From assembly GCA_031283905.1 (NCBI GenBank), contig JAITAW010000162.1, positions 1-27,481 on the forward strand: 27,481 nucleotides of DNA, read 5' to 3'. Below the pieces are notes generated by a model. It saw only the letters and a list, made by a program, of their open reading frames with translations, was not told where the DNA came from and ran no database searches. This DNA comes from Treponema sp. GTDB lineage: Bacteria; Spirochaetota; Spirochaetia; Treponematales; Breznakiellaceae. Shown piece after piece: positions 1 to 8,163 of the stretch; position 1 is the stretch's first letter, and each line of letters starts with the position of its first letter. A program made the translations under genes and the position numbers.

Positions 1-570
1 CGGCGCGTAATCTGGATTGAATCGGCGGGCGGAACAAGGAGTGTCGGAACGGGTGTACAAGGCGATGTGAGAGGAAAGAGGGGTTGCACCGGACGAGGTT
101 TGCGCGCTCGATTCAACGACGGTCAAAGTCCATCCTGACGCGCGTGGAGCGGAAAAAAACATCGGACGGGGGATAGGGAAAAGCCGGGGAGGATGGGACA
201 CGAAGATACGCGCGGTAACGGCGGGGGATAGAAAGCCGGCCGCCTTCGGGCCGTCGGGAGGCGGCGGAAGGGCGGGCGCTTCCGGAAGCCGTCGGAACAC
301 GGGAGCATAGAGTCTCTCTGTTGACGGATAGGGCGTATGAAGGCGGCGGACGCGGGTTACGGCGGGGGAGTCGGGGTATAAACCGGTGGTACCGCCGAAG
401 CGGAACCGGGTTCATCTGTGGAACTATGACAAAGAACTCTATAAACGGCGGAAGGAGATAGAGCGGTTTTTGCGGCGGCGGAAGGGATTTCGAGGGATTT
501 GCGCCCGCTATGACAAACTTGCTTGTATCTATCCCGCTTGTATTTGTATCGCTTTGCGGTTGTGTGAACA
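1..570 (+). mobile_element. Decayed IS5-family (IS427/IS1031-like) transposase, 3' portion; runs off the window start
   Basis: Fragments in different + frames read LNRRAEQGVSERVYKAM*, ALDSTTVKVHPDARGA...IGKSRGGWDTKIRAV, LLTDRAYEG and VVPPKRNRVHLWNYDKELYKRRKEIERFLRRRKGFRGICARYDKL. These match the DDE motifs and C-terminus of IS5-family transposases. There are internal stops and frameshifts. Similarity ends near GTTGTGTGAACA (~570). The rest of track ORF 386..961 is antisense read-through. Confidence 0.85.
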
Positions 571-571
571 A

Positions 572-883
572 ATTATTCCTGCCGAAGATTTCATCACAAA
601 TAACTTTTGCGTATGCCTGCTCATTATCGTCAAATTGTATAAAAATTACTCCATCTTCCCGCAAAAACTGTTTCAGCAGCTTCAATCGTGGGTACATCAT
701 CGAGAGCCATATTGTATGCCCCATGTTATCGTCATAATGCTCAAAGGCGCTTCCGGTGTTATACGGCGGGTCTATGTAGACGCACTTCACCTGCCCGGCA
801 TAGAAGGACAACAGGGCTTTGAGGGCTTCAAGGTTGTCGCCCTGTACTATGAGGTTTCCGGCGCCGGGATCGCCGTAGCTGTA
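572..883 (-). pseudogene. mod: N-terminal fragment of a type III Mod-like (beta-class) N6-adenine DNA methyltransferase, truncated by the IS5 remnant
   Basis: Reads YSYGDPGAGNLIVQGDNLEALKALL...VKCVYIDPPYNTG...WLSMMYPRLKLLKQFLREDGVIFIQFDDNEQAYAKVICDEIFGRNN, with catalytic motif IV DPPY at ~772-761. Homology stops at GRNN (~572), where IS sequence begins. The target-recognition domain and the FxGxG SAM motif are absent. Confidence 0.88.
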
Positions 884-1863
884 TTGTTCTTCATTCTCCT
901 TTCGTTGATTATACCACCGTTGCTTCCAATAATTGGTCAAATATTCCACATTAAACTATAAAACATAAGCGAGTTATTTTTTCCGATCAAAAACTTTTTT
1001 GTATTTTCTGCAAAAGGAACAAAATATATTTTTCGCTTAAATGAATGCATCAACAATTGATCTGTATCAAATCCCAATAATTCTCCTGCGGTTCTTATTA
1101 CTCTCATGGTCCAACTTGGACCTTCTCCAAATGCATTACTAACAAAAATATTGTTTTCTTTAAGGAAACTGATCATGGCACCTATCGTCTCGCTTGTAAG
1201 ATGCAAAGTTCCGAAGCCTTTTGTTTCACCAATTGGTAGATACGCTTTTCGTCCATCTATTTTAAGTAAGCATCCATCATATAATTAATTCTTTTTGTCC
1301 TTTCTGGTTTGTCCCACCCTATATAATCATCTCGCTCCGTCCGGTATGTGAATAATTGGGCTTCCAAGGGCAGCGATACCTATTACAAGTTTTGTTGGCA
1401 GTGCATAATCACGAATAATTACCTTTATCCGGCGTCCAACATATTCACTGTACGGCGATGACCAATAGTAGCGAAACAACCGAAACAGCTCGTGTTGTTT
1501 TTTCGTTGAACATATCTCAATGACAGGCGTAATTTTCGATTTTAATGCATCTTGTCCATCGGCCAAATTATTTCGGGCTATATCTATATAATCATCAATC
1601 CAACCCTTGTTTTTTTCTATAATCTCATTTCTCTTAATAGACATTGAATGCTTTATGACATCTTTATCATACGTTTCGGGGGGTTCGATGACTATCTTTT
1701 TCCCAAGACGGTTTATAGACCAATTAAGTCGGGTTAAATCCCTGATTATCGATAGTAGCACTGTTTCTTTTAAGTCTTTAGTTCCAACATAATTTGCAGT
1801 TTTATTTTTATGGCTTATATCAAAGAAATTATTACTGGGGAGTGTTGCCGTACTAATTATCAT
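884..1863 (-). pseudogene. DUF4338 / Druantia DruA-like gene, fragmented by frameshifts and an internal deletion
   Basis: ATG at 1863. Segments in successive frames: ...FRLFRYYWSSPYSEYVGRRIKVIIRD...VIGIAALGSPIIHIP; then, after a CGGA duplication at ~1340, ERDDYIGWDKPERTKRINYMMDAY; then, after a junction at ~1265, LKIDGRKAYLPIGETKGFGTLHLTSET...FGEGPSWTMRVIRTAGELLG...HSFKRKIYFVPFAENTKKFLIG; then, after a 1-nt shift at ~952, VEYLTNYWKQRWYNQR. I recognise these as DUF4338 blocks from memory; no HMM was run. Confidence 0.75.
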
Positions 1864-2548
1864 GATATAACTTACCCTCTATCAATTTCTCAAATTCCAA
1901 TACCCTAACTGGCAAGGCAAAGGATTGTTTTGCAGATACCATATAAAGACTTCCGGGAATACTCTCATTCTGAATAAAACGGGAAATAACGCCACCATAA
2001 TTTATGTTTGACCGGACAAGCGATTTTATATCATCCGAATTACCCATATAAAAAGTAAAAAAATTCTCCGCTTGAGAACGTATTTCTTCTGCGATTGCAG
2101 CAGGTCTTTGTGTAATTGCGATCATCCCCAGTTTGAATTTTCTACCTTCTTTTGCTGTTCGTATAAAGGGATTTGCTTCGTTCTTACAAATTTCTTCTGA
2201 AATGACGTTTTGAGCCTCTTCAACACAAACGACAGTTCCTATGACATTCTTGTTGCTCAGTATAGTATTTTTTATTATTTTCAAAGAGATTCCTAATCAA
2301 TATCGAAGATATTACATTTGCATCATAGCTATCCTTTAAAGACAGATCAACTACAACGGTTTTCCTTGCACGAGGAATTCAAAAATGCCTTCCATCATTT
2401 TTGAGTTTTGTGAATGCAAACCCTTGCCTTCATCGATCAAGCGACTTATCCGTTTTCGAATTGCCATTATCGTTTTTCGTGCGCTTACATCTTCTTTGGC
2501 AATGCCCCTTGAATTAGCTTTTTGTTCTCCAAAAAAAGTAGGGCTGAT
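1853..2548 (-). pseudogene. C-terminal half of a HerA/FtsK-superfamily ATPase, 5'-truncated, with two frameshifts
   Basis: Walker B VCVEEAQNV, arginine-finger motif AKEGRKFKLG and ITQRP sensor lie in 1853..2284. Upstream frames continue as ...AIRKRISRLIDEGKGLHSQNSKMMEGIFEFLVQGK / TVVVDLSLKDSYDANVISSILIRNLFENNKKYYTEQQE, with shifts at ~2360 (A-run) and ~2248. No Walker A is present. The stop overlaps the DUF4338 ATG by 11 nt (ATGATAATTAG). Confidence 0.85.
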
Positions 2549-3100
2549 TACGCTTTGCGCAACGGGAAGCCGAAAATCCGGGTGGGCAAAATACGCCTCG
2601 CTGTGACGGTGTGGCGGCGGGGGAGGCAGGAAGCCGACATACAGGGAAAAGAACGTAAACACGGACGTTTGCGTTCTTTTCTACCCTCGGCCCCCGGCTA
2701 CGGGCCGGTGGCTGTCACTCCCTCTTTGAACCGTTAAAGGACGAGTTTGTGACCGGAGCGTAACGCAGTGAAGCGGAGAGGGCAAACCCCTCCTATTTTG
2801 CTTTTGAGAGAGGGAAGCCCGGCGGCGAGGGGGAAGGGACAATAGAGGTCGCCATAATACCGCCGCCTGAGTTACGCCGGGCTTGTAGGTTGAGCGACCC
2901 TGGTCGGGCTTATTACGCTGAGTTCCCCATGGTGCTTCATAGTGCGGGCGTTTGTAACGGTATGCAGGAGAATATGCGGAAATGGAGGGCGGGCGGTTCC
3001 GCCACTCCGCAGACTAGAGTCCGGCGCCTCCTCCATGACCGCACCGGTTACTGCGGTTGCTTGCGACTTGCCTTATCGGTTCAGGCGGTACTTCTACGCA
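2549..3100. other. GC-rich, hairpin-dense non-coding insert (putative non-autonomous mobile or structured-RNA element)
   Basis: Composition changes abruptly from the AT-rich island and there is no credible ORF. Stems include AAAAGAACGTAAAC/GTTTGCGTTCTTTT (2647-2680, 14 bp with one G-U), CGGCCC/GGGCCG (2688-2707), GAGGG/CCCTC (~2778-2792), CGACC/GGTCG (~2896-2907) and ACCGCA/TGCGGT (~3039-3058). It sits exactly where the herA 5' half should be. Boundaries are approximate. Confidence 0.5.
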
Positions 3101-3234
3101 AATAGGCGCAATGAGGGCTAAAATGCCAATGCAAAAAATTGTTGGAAATACTATTATGGTTACTGCCCTGGGACTGATATCTGGTTATAGCCGGGCGTTT
3201 GGAAACGTACCGGCGCCGCGCCTCCTTTTCCGTA

Positions 3235-3263
3235 TTGATTTTTTTTGCCTGTTTTCCTATAAT
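3235..3263 (+). promoter_or_regulatory. Sigma70-type promoter for the V-ATPase B-D-usp operon
   Basis: TTGATT (3235-3240), 17-bp spacer, TATAAT (3258-3263). Confidence 0.7.
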
Positions 3264-3366
3264 AACCCCATACTACATTGAAAAAGTGAATTTACCAGGG
3301 AAGGCTTTTTAGCCCCTTTTCCCTGCCTGTTCATTCAATTCATACTAAAGGAAAACAGAGGCGAAT

Positions 3367-4770
3367 ATGCGAGGCATAGAATACCGGGGACTCATTAAGA
3401 TAGAAGGGCCGGTTGTCATCACGCGGCGTAGCCGCAACGTAGGCTTCAACGAAGTTGTCGCCGTGTACGACCGCGAAGAAGGGCGCAGGCTGGGGCGCGT
3501 GGTGGATTTAAGCGATGAGTGGGCGGCGGTGCAGATATTCGGTTCAAACACCGGCTTGTCCGCGGACGAGGCGCGAGTCGAATTCCTAGGGAAACCAATG
3601 GAAATGCGGGTCGGGCCCGGTCTTTTGGGGCGAGTCTTCAACGGCTTGGGCGAGCCTATAGACGGATACGGCGCTATTTTTTCATCAACCTGCCTTGATG
3701 TAAACGGGCTTCCCATCAATCCTTACGCCCGCGTATATCCGAGGGACTTCATCCAGACCGGCGTTTCCGCCATAGACGGCATGAACACCCTTATCCGCGG
3801 GCAGAAACTGCCGATTTTCTCGGGCAACGGACTGCCCCATAACCGGCTTGCCGCCCAGATCGTGCGTCAGGCGAAAATCTTGAACGCGGACGAGTCCTTT
3901 GTCGTGGTCTTCTGCGCCATGGGCGTGAAATACGATGTGGCGCGGTTTTTCCTTGACGATTTTGAGAAATCCGGCGTGCTTTCCAACGTGGTGGTCTTTC
4001 TTTCTCTTGCGGACGCGCCGAGCCTTGAACGCCTGATAGCGCCCCATTGCGCACTCACCGCCGCCGAATATCTCGCGTTTCAGGAGAATATGCACGTGCT
4101 TGTCGTAATGACCGACATGACGAACTACTGCGAGGCGTTGCGGGAGGTCTCCTCAATACGGGGCGAAGTGCCGAGCCGCAAGGGATATCCCGGGTATTTG
4201 TATTCCGACCTGGCGAGCCTGTACGAACGCGCCGGAAAAATCACCGGTTCCGCCGGTTCAATCACCCAAATCCCGATTCTCACCATGCCCAACGACGACA
4301 TAAGCCACCCGATTCCCGACCTCTCCGGCTACATTACCGAGGGGCAGATCGTGCTTGACCGGGAACTGTTCCAGCGGGGCGTGTATCCGCCGGTGGCGGG
4401 TCTTCCCAGTCTTTCCCGTCTTATGAAGGACGGCATCGGACCCGGCATGACGCGGGAGGATCACAAGGACGTGGCGAGCCAGCTTTTCGCCGCGTACTCA
4501 AAGGTCAAGCAGGTGCGCAATCTCGCTTCAATTATCGGCGAAGAGGAGTTGTCCATAGGTGACAAGCAGTATCTGAAATTCGGGCAGAAGTTCGAGTCGA
4601 CTTTTCTGACCCAGGATGAAAACGAAAACCGCGACATTGGGCGCACGCTTGATTTGGGCTGGAAGGTTCTCACCGAGATACCGAGAGACGAATTGCTGCG
4701 TATAAAACAGGAGCTTATTCAGAAATACTTGGACCCGATTTTAGCGAAGGACGCGAGGGCTGGGAGGTAA
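3367..4770 (+). CDS. ntpB: V/A-type ATP synthase subunit B
   Basis: 467 aa with [55 protein letters not shown] and THPIPD-like [16 protein letters not shown] motifs. Confidence 0.97.
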   Translation: MRGIEYRGLIKIEGPVVITRRSRNVGFNEVVAVYDREEGRRLGRVVDLSDEWAAVQIFGSNTGLSADEARVEFLGKPMEMRVGPGLLGRVFNGLGEPIDGYGAIFSSTCLDVNGLPINPYARVYPRDFIQTGVSAIDGMNTLIRGQKLPIFSGNGLPHNRLAAQIVRQAKILNADESFVVVFCAMGVKYDVARFFLDDFEKSGVLSNVVVFLSLADAPSLERLIAPHCALTAAEYLAFQENMHVLVVMTDMTNYCEALREVSSIRGEVPSRKGYPGYLYSDLASLYERAGKITGSAGSITQIPILTMPNDDISHPIPDLSGYITEGQIVLDRELFQRGVYPPVAGLPSLSRLMKDGIGPGMTREDHKDVASQLFAAYSKVKQVRNLASIIGEEELSIGDKQYLKFGQKFESTFLTQDENENRDIGRTLDLGWKVLTEIPRDELLRIKQELIQKYLDPILAKDARAGR

Positions 4771-4773
4771 AAG

Positions 4774-5397
4774 ATGCCGAGAGAATCCATTGCGCCGACA
4801 AAAAGCAACCTGCTCAAGACAAAAGAGCGACTTGCGACTGCGGAAGAAGGCTACGATCTTCTTGAACAAAAACGTGAAATCCTCGTGATGGAGCTGATGC
4901 GGAAGGTCGAGGAAGTAAAGCTGCTTGAGCGCGATCTGGACGCGGCGGTGGAAAACGCCTACCCCGCGCTCAAACGTATGTTGATAACCGTGGGGCGTGA
5001 ACGCGCGAGCAGAATAGCCGGCTGTGTCAAATACAAGTTCAGCATACGGGAAAAGCGGTTTCAGATAGCGGGTATAAACCTGCCCGGGCTTGAAGCGCAT
5101 ATGCCTGACCCGGAATTGAAATATTCTCCTGAAAATTCATTTGCGGAATGTGATGAAACCGTGATACAATTTTTTAATCTGTTAAAGATTCTGACCAATC
5201 TTGCGGCGGTGAGGACTATTGCGTGGAGGCTTGCGCGGGAAGTCCGCAAAACCCAGCGCCGCGTGAACGCGCTTGAAAAAATGTTGATACCGACGGCGCG
5301 GGAAACTATGGCGTATATCGAAGCGTCGCTTGAAGAGCGGGAGCGGGACAGTTTCTTTACCAGCAAACTCTTAAAGAAGAAGACCGGGGAAAAATGA
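4774..5397 (+). CDS. ntpD: V/A-type ATP synthase subunit D
   Basis: 207 aa; APTKSNLL...GYDLLEQKREIL and KTQRRVNALEKMLIP...LEERERDSF; follows subunit B directly. Confidence 0.95.
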   Translation: MPRESIAPTKSNLLKTKERLATAEEGYDLLEQKREILVMELMRKVEEVKLLERDLDAAVENAYPALKRMLITVGRERASRIAGCVKYKFSIREKRFQIAGINLPGLEAHMPDPELKYSPENSFAECDETVIQFFNLLKILTNLAAVRTIAWRLAREVRKTQRRVNALEKMLIPTARETMAYIEASLEERERDSFFTSKLLKKKTGEK

Positions 5398-5876
5398 AAC
5401 CATTATTTTCTAATATTCTAGTCGCGGTTTCGGGTTCCAACGCATCAATTATGGCGGCGAAGTACGCCATCGCTATGACTAAGACGTATCGCTGCAAATT
5501 GAGCGCCGTGTATGTGGTTGATACGGCGACTATCAAGCAGCTTACGCTGAGCAAGATTTTCGTGCAACAGGAAAGCCTTGAATACGAACAAAGTCTTGAG
5601 GCGAACGGCAGGCGTTATCTTGGGTTTATTGAAGAGTTGGCGCGTTCCAAAGGCTTAAAAATAGAGAGCGAGCTTCGCAAGGGCGCGGTATCTACGGAGA
5701 TTCTCTATGCTGCGGACGAAAAGAGCGCCGATTTCATCATTTTAGGAGGGTGGGAGAAAAACCGGAGTGCGCGGGACATTATCGGACACGCCCATCATCA
5801 AATCATGGAAAACGCAAAATGCTCGGTGTTACTGGTCAAAGAACCGGATATAGACGTGATGTTCAAACAGTTGTAA
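5394..5876 (+). CDS. Universal stress protein (UspA family)
   Basis: ILVAVSGS...AVYVVD...G...EIL..A....ADFIILGG...AKCSVLLVK pattern; ATGA overlap with the ntpD stop. Confidence 0.9.
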   Translation: MKPLFSNILVAVSGSNASIMAAKYAIAMTKTYRCKLSAVYVVDTATIKQLTLSKIFVQQESLEYEQSLEANGRRYLGFIEELARSKGLKIESELRKGAVSTEILYAADEKSADFIILGGWEKNRSARDIIGHAHHQIMENAKCSVLLVKEPDIDVMFKQL

Positions 5877-5921
5877 CAGAGGGATTTGATCGGGCGGGAA
5901 TGGGGGCGTTGCGGGAGGATA

Positions 5922-5972
5922 TTGAAGAGCGGGGCGTGTAGTCGCCGCGCGTTCACGCGCTCCGCTCTTCAA
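5922..5972. terminator. Inverted repeat between the convergent usp and fba genes (probable bidirectional terminator/hairpin)
   Basis: TTGAAGAGCGG (5922-5932) / CCGCTCTTCAA (5962-5972), with inner GCGTG/CACGC pairing; no clear U-tract. Confidence 0.5.
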
Positions 5973-5999
5973 CTTCCAACTGACGCGCTGTAGCGCCGC

Positions 6000-6998
6000 C
6001 TATGCTTGTCCTGCGGAGCCAAGCACGCCCGTGTTCTTGTGCGCGTACATCTTTTTAAGCTCGTCGCGGGCGGGTCCAAGGTACTTGCGAGGATCGAACT
6101 CTTCCGGTTTTTCGGCGAACACTTTACGGATTAGCGCGGTCATGGCAAGGCGTCCATCGCTGTCAATGTTGATTTTGCAGACCGCGCTTTTTGCGGCTCT
6201 GCGGAGCTGCTCTTCAGGTATGCCGACCGAATCGGCGAGTTTCCCGCCGTATTTCTCAATTATCTTCACATATTCAACCGGCACAGAAGAAGAACCGTGC
6301 AGAACAATGGGGAAACCGGGTAGCTTCTTTTCTATTTCCTCAAGAATGTCGAAGCGGAGCGGAGGCGGAACAAGAATGCCGTCCGGTGTCCGCGTACATT
6401 GCTCCGGTTTGAATTTGGCGCGTCCGTGGCTCGTGCCGATGGAAATCGCCAGCGAGTCAACGCCGGTCTTTTGCACAAAGTCTTCCACCTCGGAAGGCTG
6501 AGTGTAGTGGCTGTGTTCGGCGACAACATCGTCCTCAACGCCGGCAAGCACGCCAAGTTCGCCTTCTACGGTAATGTAGTCTTTGCGGGAATGGGCGTAT
6601 TCCACGACTTTTCGGGTCAAAGCTACGTTTTCATCATAGGGCTTGCTTGAACCATCGATCATCACGCTGGAAAACCCTGTTTCAATGCAATCCACGCATA
6701 GTTCAAAGGTGTCCCCATGATCCAAATGCAACACAATCGGGATGTCATACCCCAACTCGTGGGCATATTCAACCGCCCCTTTCGCCATATTCTTCAATAG
6801 ATTCTGGTTCGCGTATTTGCGCGCGCCGGAAGAAACCTGCAAAATAACCGGCGATTTTGTTTCCACGCAGGCCTGAATAATAGCCTGTAACTGCTCCATA
6901 TTGTTGAAGTTGTACGCGGGAATCGCATAGCCTCCCTTCACGGCTTTCTCAAACAAAACCTTTGTGTTGACAAGACCAAGCTCTTTATAACTAGTCAT
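6000..6998 (-). CDS. fba: Fructose-1,6-bisphosphate aldolase, class II
   Basis: 332 aa; PAYNFNNMEQ, LHLDHG, SSVMIDGS, AISIGTSHG, VLHGSS and KINIDSDGR motifs; SD AAGGAG upstream. Confidence 0.97.
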   Translation of the reverse strand: MTSYKELGLVNTKVLFEKAVKGGYAIPAYNFNNMEQLQAIIQACVETKSPVILQVSSGARKYANQNLLKNMAKGAVEYAHELGYDIPIVLHLDHGDTFELCVDCIETGFSSVMIDGSSKPYDENVALTRKVVEYAHSRKDYITVEGELGVLAGVEDDVVAEHSHYTQPSEVEDFVQKTGVDSLAISIGTSHGRAKFKPEQCTRTPDGILVPPPLRFDILEEIEKKLPGFPIVLHGSSSVPVEYVKIIEKYGGKLADSVGIPEEQLRRAAKSAVCKINIDSDGRLAMTALIRKVFAEKPEEFDPRKYLGPARDELKKMYAHKNTGVLGSAGQA

Positions 6999-7029
6999 AA
7001 GCGCTCCTTTTATAGTAGTATACTTTGAC

Positions 7030-7053
7030 GCTTTTATAAAGGTTTATAAAAGC
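7030..7053. promoter_or_regulatory. Perfect 11-bp inverted repeat in the divergent fba/hypothetical intergenic region (candidate operator)
   Basis: GCTTTTATAAA-GG-TTTATAAAAGC. Confidence 0.5.
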
Positions 7054-7099
7054 ACCGTGCTTCATTTTATATGACTTGATCCTTGTTGTCTATAGGTAT

Positions 7100-8011
7100 A
7101 TGGCGAAGTTGCGTAAAACTCCAAAAAAAATCTTTACGGCTGTTGCCGTAGCTCTTGTGTTTTTCATCGTGGGGGCGGTGTTTTACAACCGCCGGCCTGT
7201 TTTGATAGTATCCGACAGACAGTTCAACCTGATATATGGAAAGCAAAGATTGCTTATAACGCGCCTCGTAACGCAGGCGAGGCTGTTCCGTCCTGTCAAA
7301 GAGGCGCTCATTGGCGAGAATGTCGGTGCCGACCTTGTAAGCATTGCGGTACAAGCCGCGGCAAAAACGCCGTACTGCGCACTTTTTCCCTACCGCTACC
7401 ATGAGGGCGCCGTGTATTATGCCAAAGAGATGCCCCATATACCTGTCGCCGTGCTTGGCGGCGCGGATCAGAAGGCGCCGGACGGGATCGCTTTCATCAC
7501 AACTGATGTGAGGACAGATCTGTACCGCGCCGGAAGATGCGCCGCGATCCTCGCCCAACCTACGGAGGATTCGCTGGCGGAAACAAGAAACCGCATCGTG
7601 GTCTTGCAGAGGAAACCGCTTGCGGGAGACCAAAGGCAGATGTTCCTGCAAGGCGCGCAAGATGAAGGTTTCACCGGAATTCCCTCATACCTTGCGCCCG
7701 CCGGCAATTATCGAGCGAGCGAGGAAACCGCCGTGGTTGTCATGTTGGGAAACGGCGCCGATTTTCTTGAGCAGGACGAGGATACGCCGGTGATCCTCTT
7801 TTCATGGATGGATCCCAGCACTATCTCTTCATGGGTAAAAATGATATTTGACGACTCTCCCTGGGCGCTGGTAGTTCCGGCGGTCGAACTGGCGCGAAAA
7901 GGAGAAAGCGGCGTACTGCCGTCCCGGCCGCGCCTGCTGAACGACCGCATAGAATCACGAGAGCTTCGCCTGTGGCTCAAGAAAGCGGCGCAACGGCATG
8001 TAGACATATAG
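7100..8011 (+). CDS. Hypothetical membrane-anchored/periplasmic protein
   Basis: Long ORF. ATG 7100 after AGGT is preferred to the track's TTG 7076. A basic N-terminus and hydrophobic segment (KKIFTAVAVALVFFIVGAVFY) precede a soluble alpha/beta region. No family recognised with certainty. Confidence 0.75.
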   Translation: MAKLRKTPKKIFTAVAVALVFFIVGAVFYNRRPVLIVSDRQFNLIYGKQRLLITRLVTQARLFRPVKEALIGENVGADLVSIAVQAAAKTPYCALFPYRYHEGAVYYAKEMPHIPVAVLGGADQKAPDGIAFITTDVRTDLYRAGRCAAILAQPTEDSLAETRNRIVVLQRKPLAGDQRQMFLQGAQDEGFTGIPSYLAPAGNYRASEETAVVVMLGNGADFLEQDEDTPVILFSWMDPSTISSWVKMIFDDSPWALVVPAVELARKGESGVLPSRPRLLNDRIESRELRLWLKKAAQRHVDI

Positions 8012-8077
8012 ATGTGTAAATAAGTACAAAATTTGATAAAAAAGCAAAGAAAATCTTCAAAAAAGGCTTGAATGGAT

Positions 8078-8106
8078 TTGACAAATATTCCGCCACGTAC
8101 TATAAT
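8078..8106 (+). promoter_or_regulatory. Consensus sigma70 promoter of the flaA pair
   Basis: TTGACA (8078-8083), 17 bp, TATAAT (8101-8106). Confidence 0.85.
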
Positions 8107-8163
8107 GCTACATGACTTTGTTTTTTATGGTCTAAATATAACGATCAACAAAAGGAGTATTTG

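Noticed and set aside
113-949. 278-aa ORF as one intact methyltransferase
   Set aside because: It is a chimera: a DUF4338-like tail, a Mod fragment to ~572, then antisense read-through of the IS5 remnant (Pro/Arg-rich nonsense).
386-961. 191-aa + strand ORF as a full protein
   Set aside because: Only the first ~60 residues are transposase; the rest is antisense to mod.
2549-3100. Canonical group II intron, or integron attC site (GTCGCTCAACCT on the minus strand)
   Set aside because: There is no RT ORF, no complete domain V helix or catalytic triad and no clear GUGYG...AY ends, and no RYYYAAC/GTTRRRY attC box pair could be built. It is kept only as an unclassified structured element.
3057-3281. 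74-aa ORF upstream of ntpB as a V-ATPase subunit or ntpA remnant
   Set aside because: No similarity to V-ATPase subunits, and it runs through the predicted promoter.
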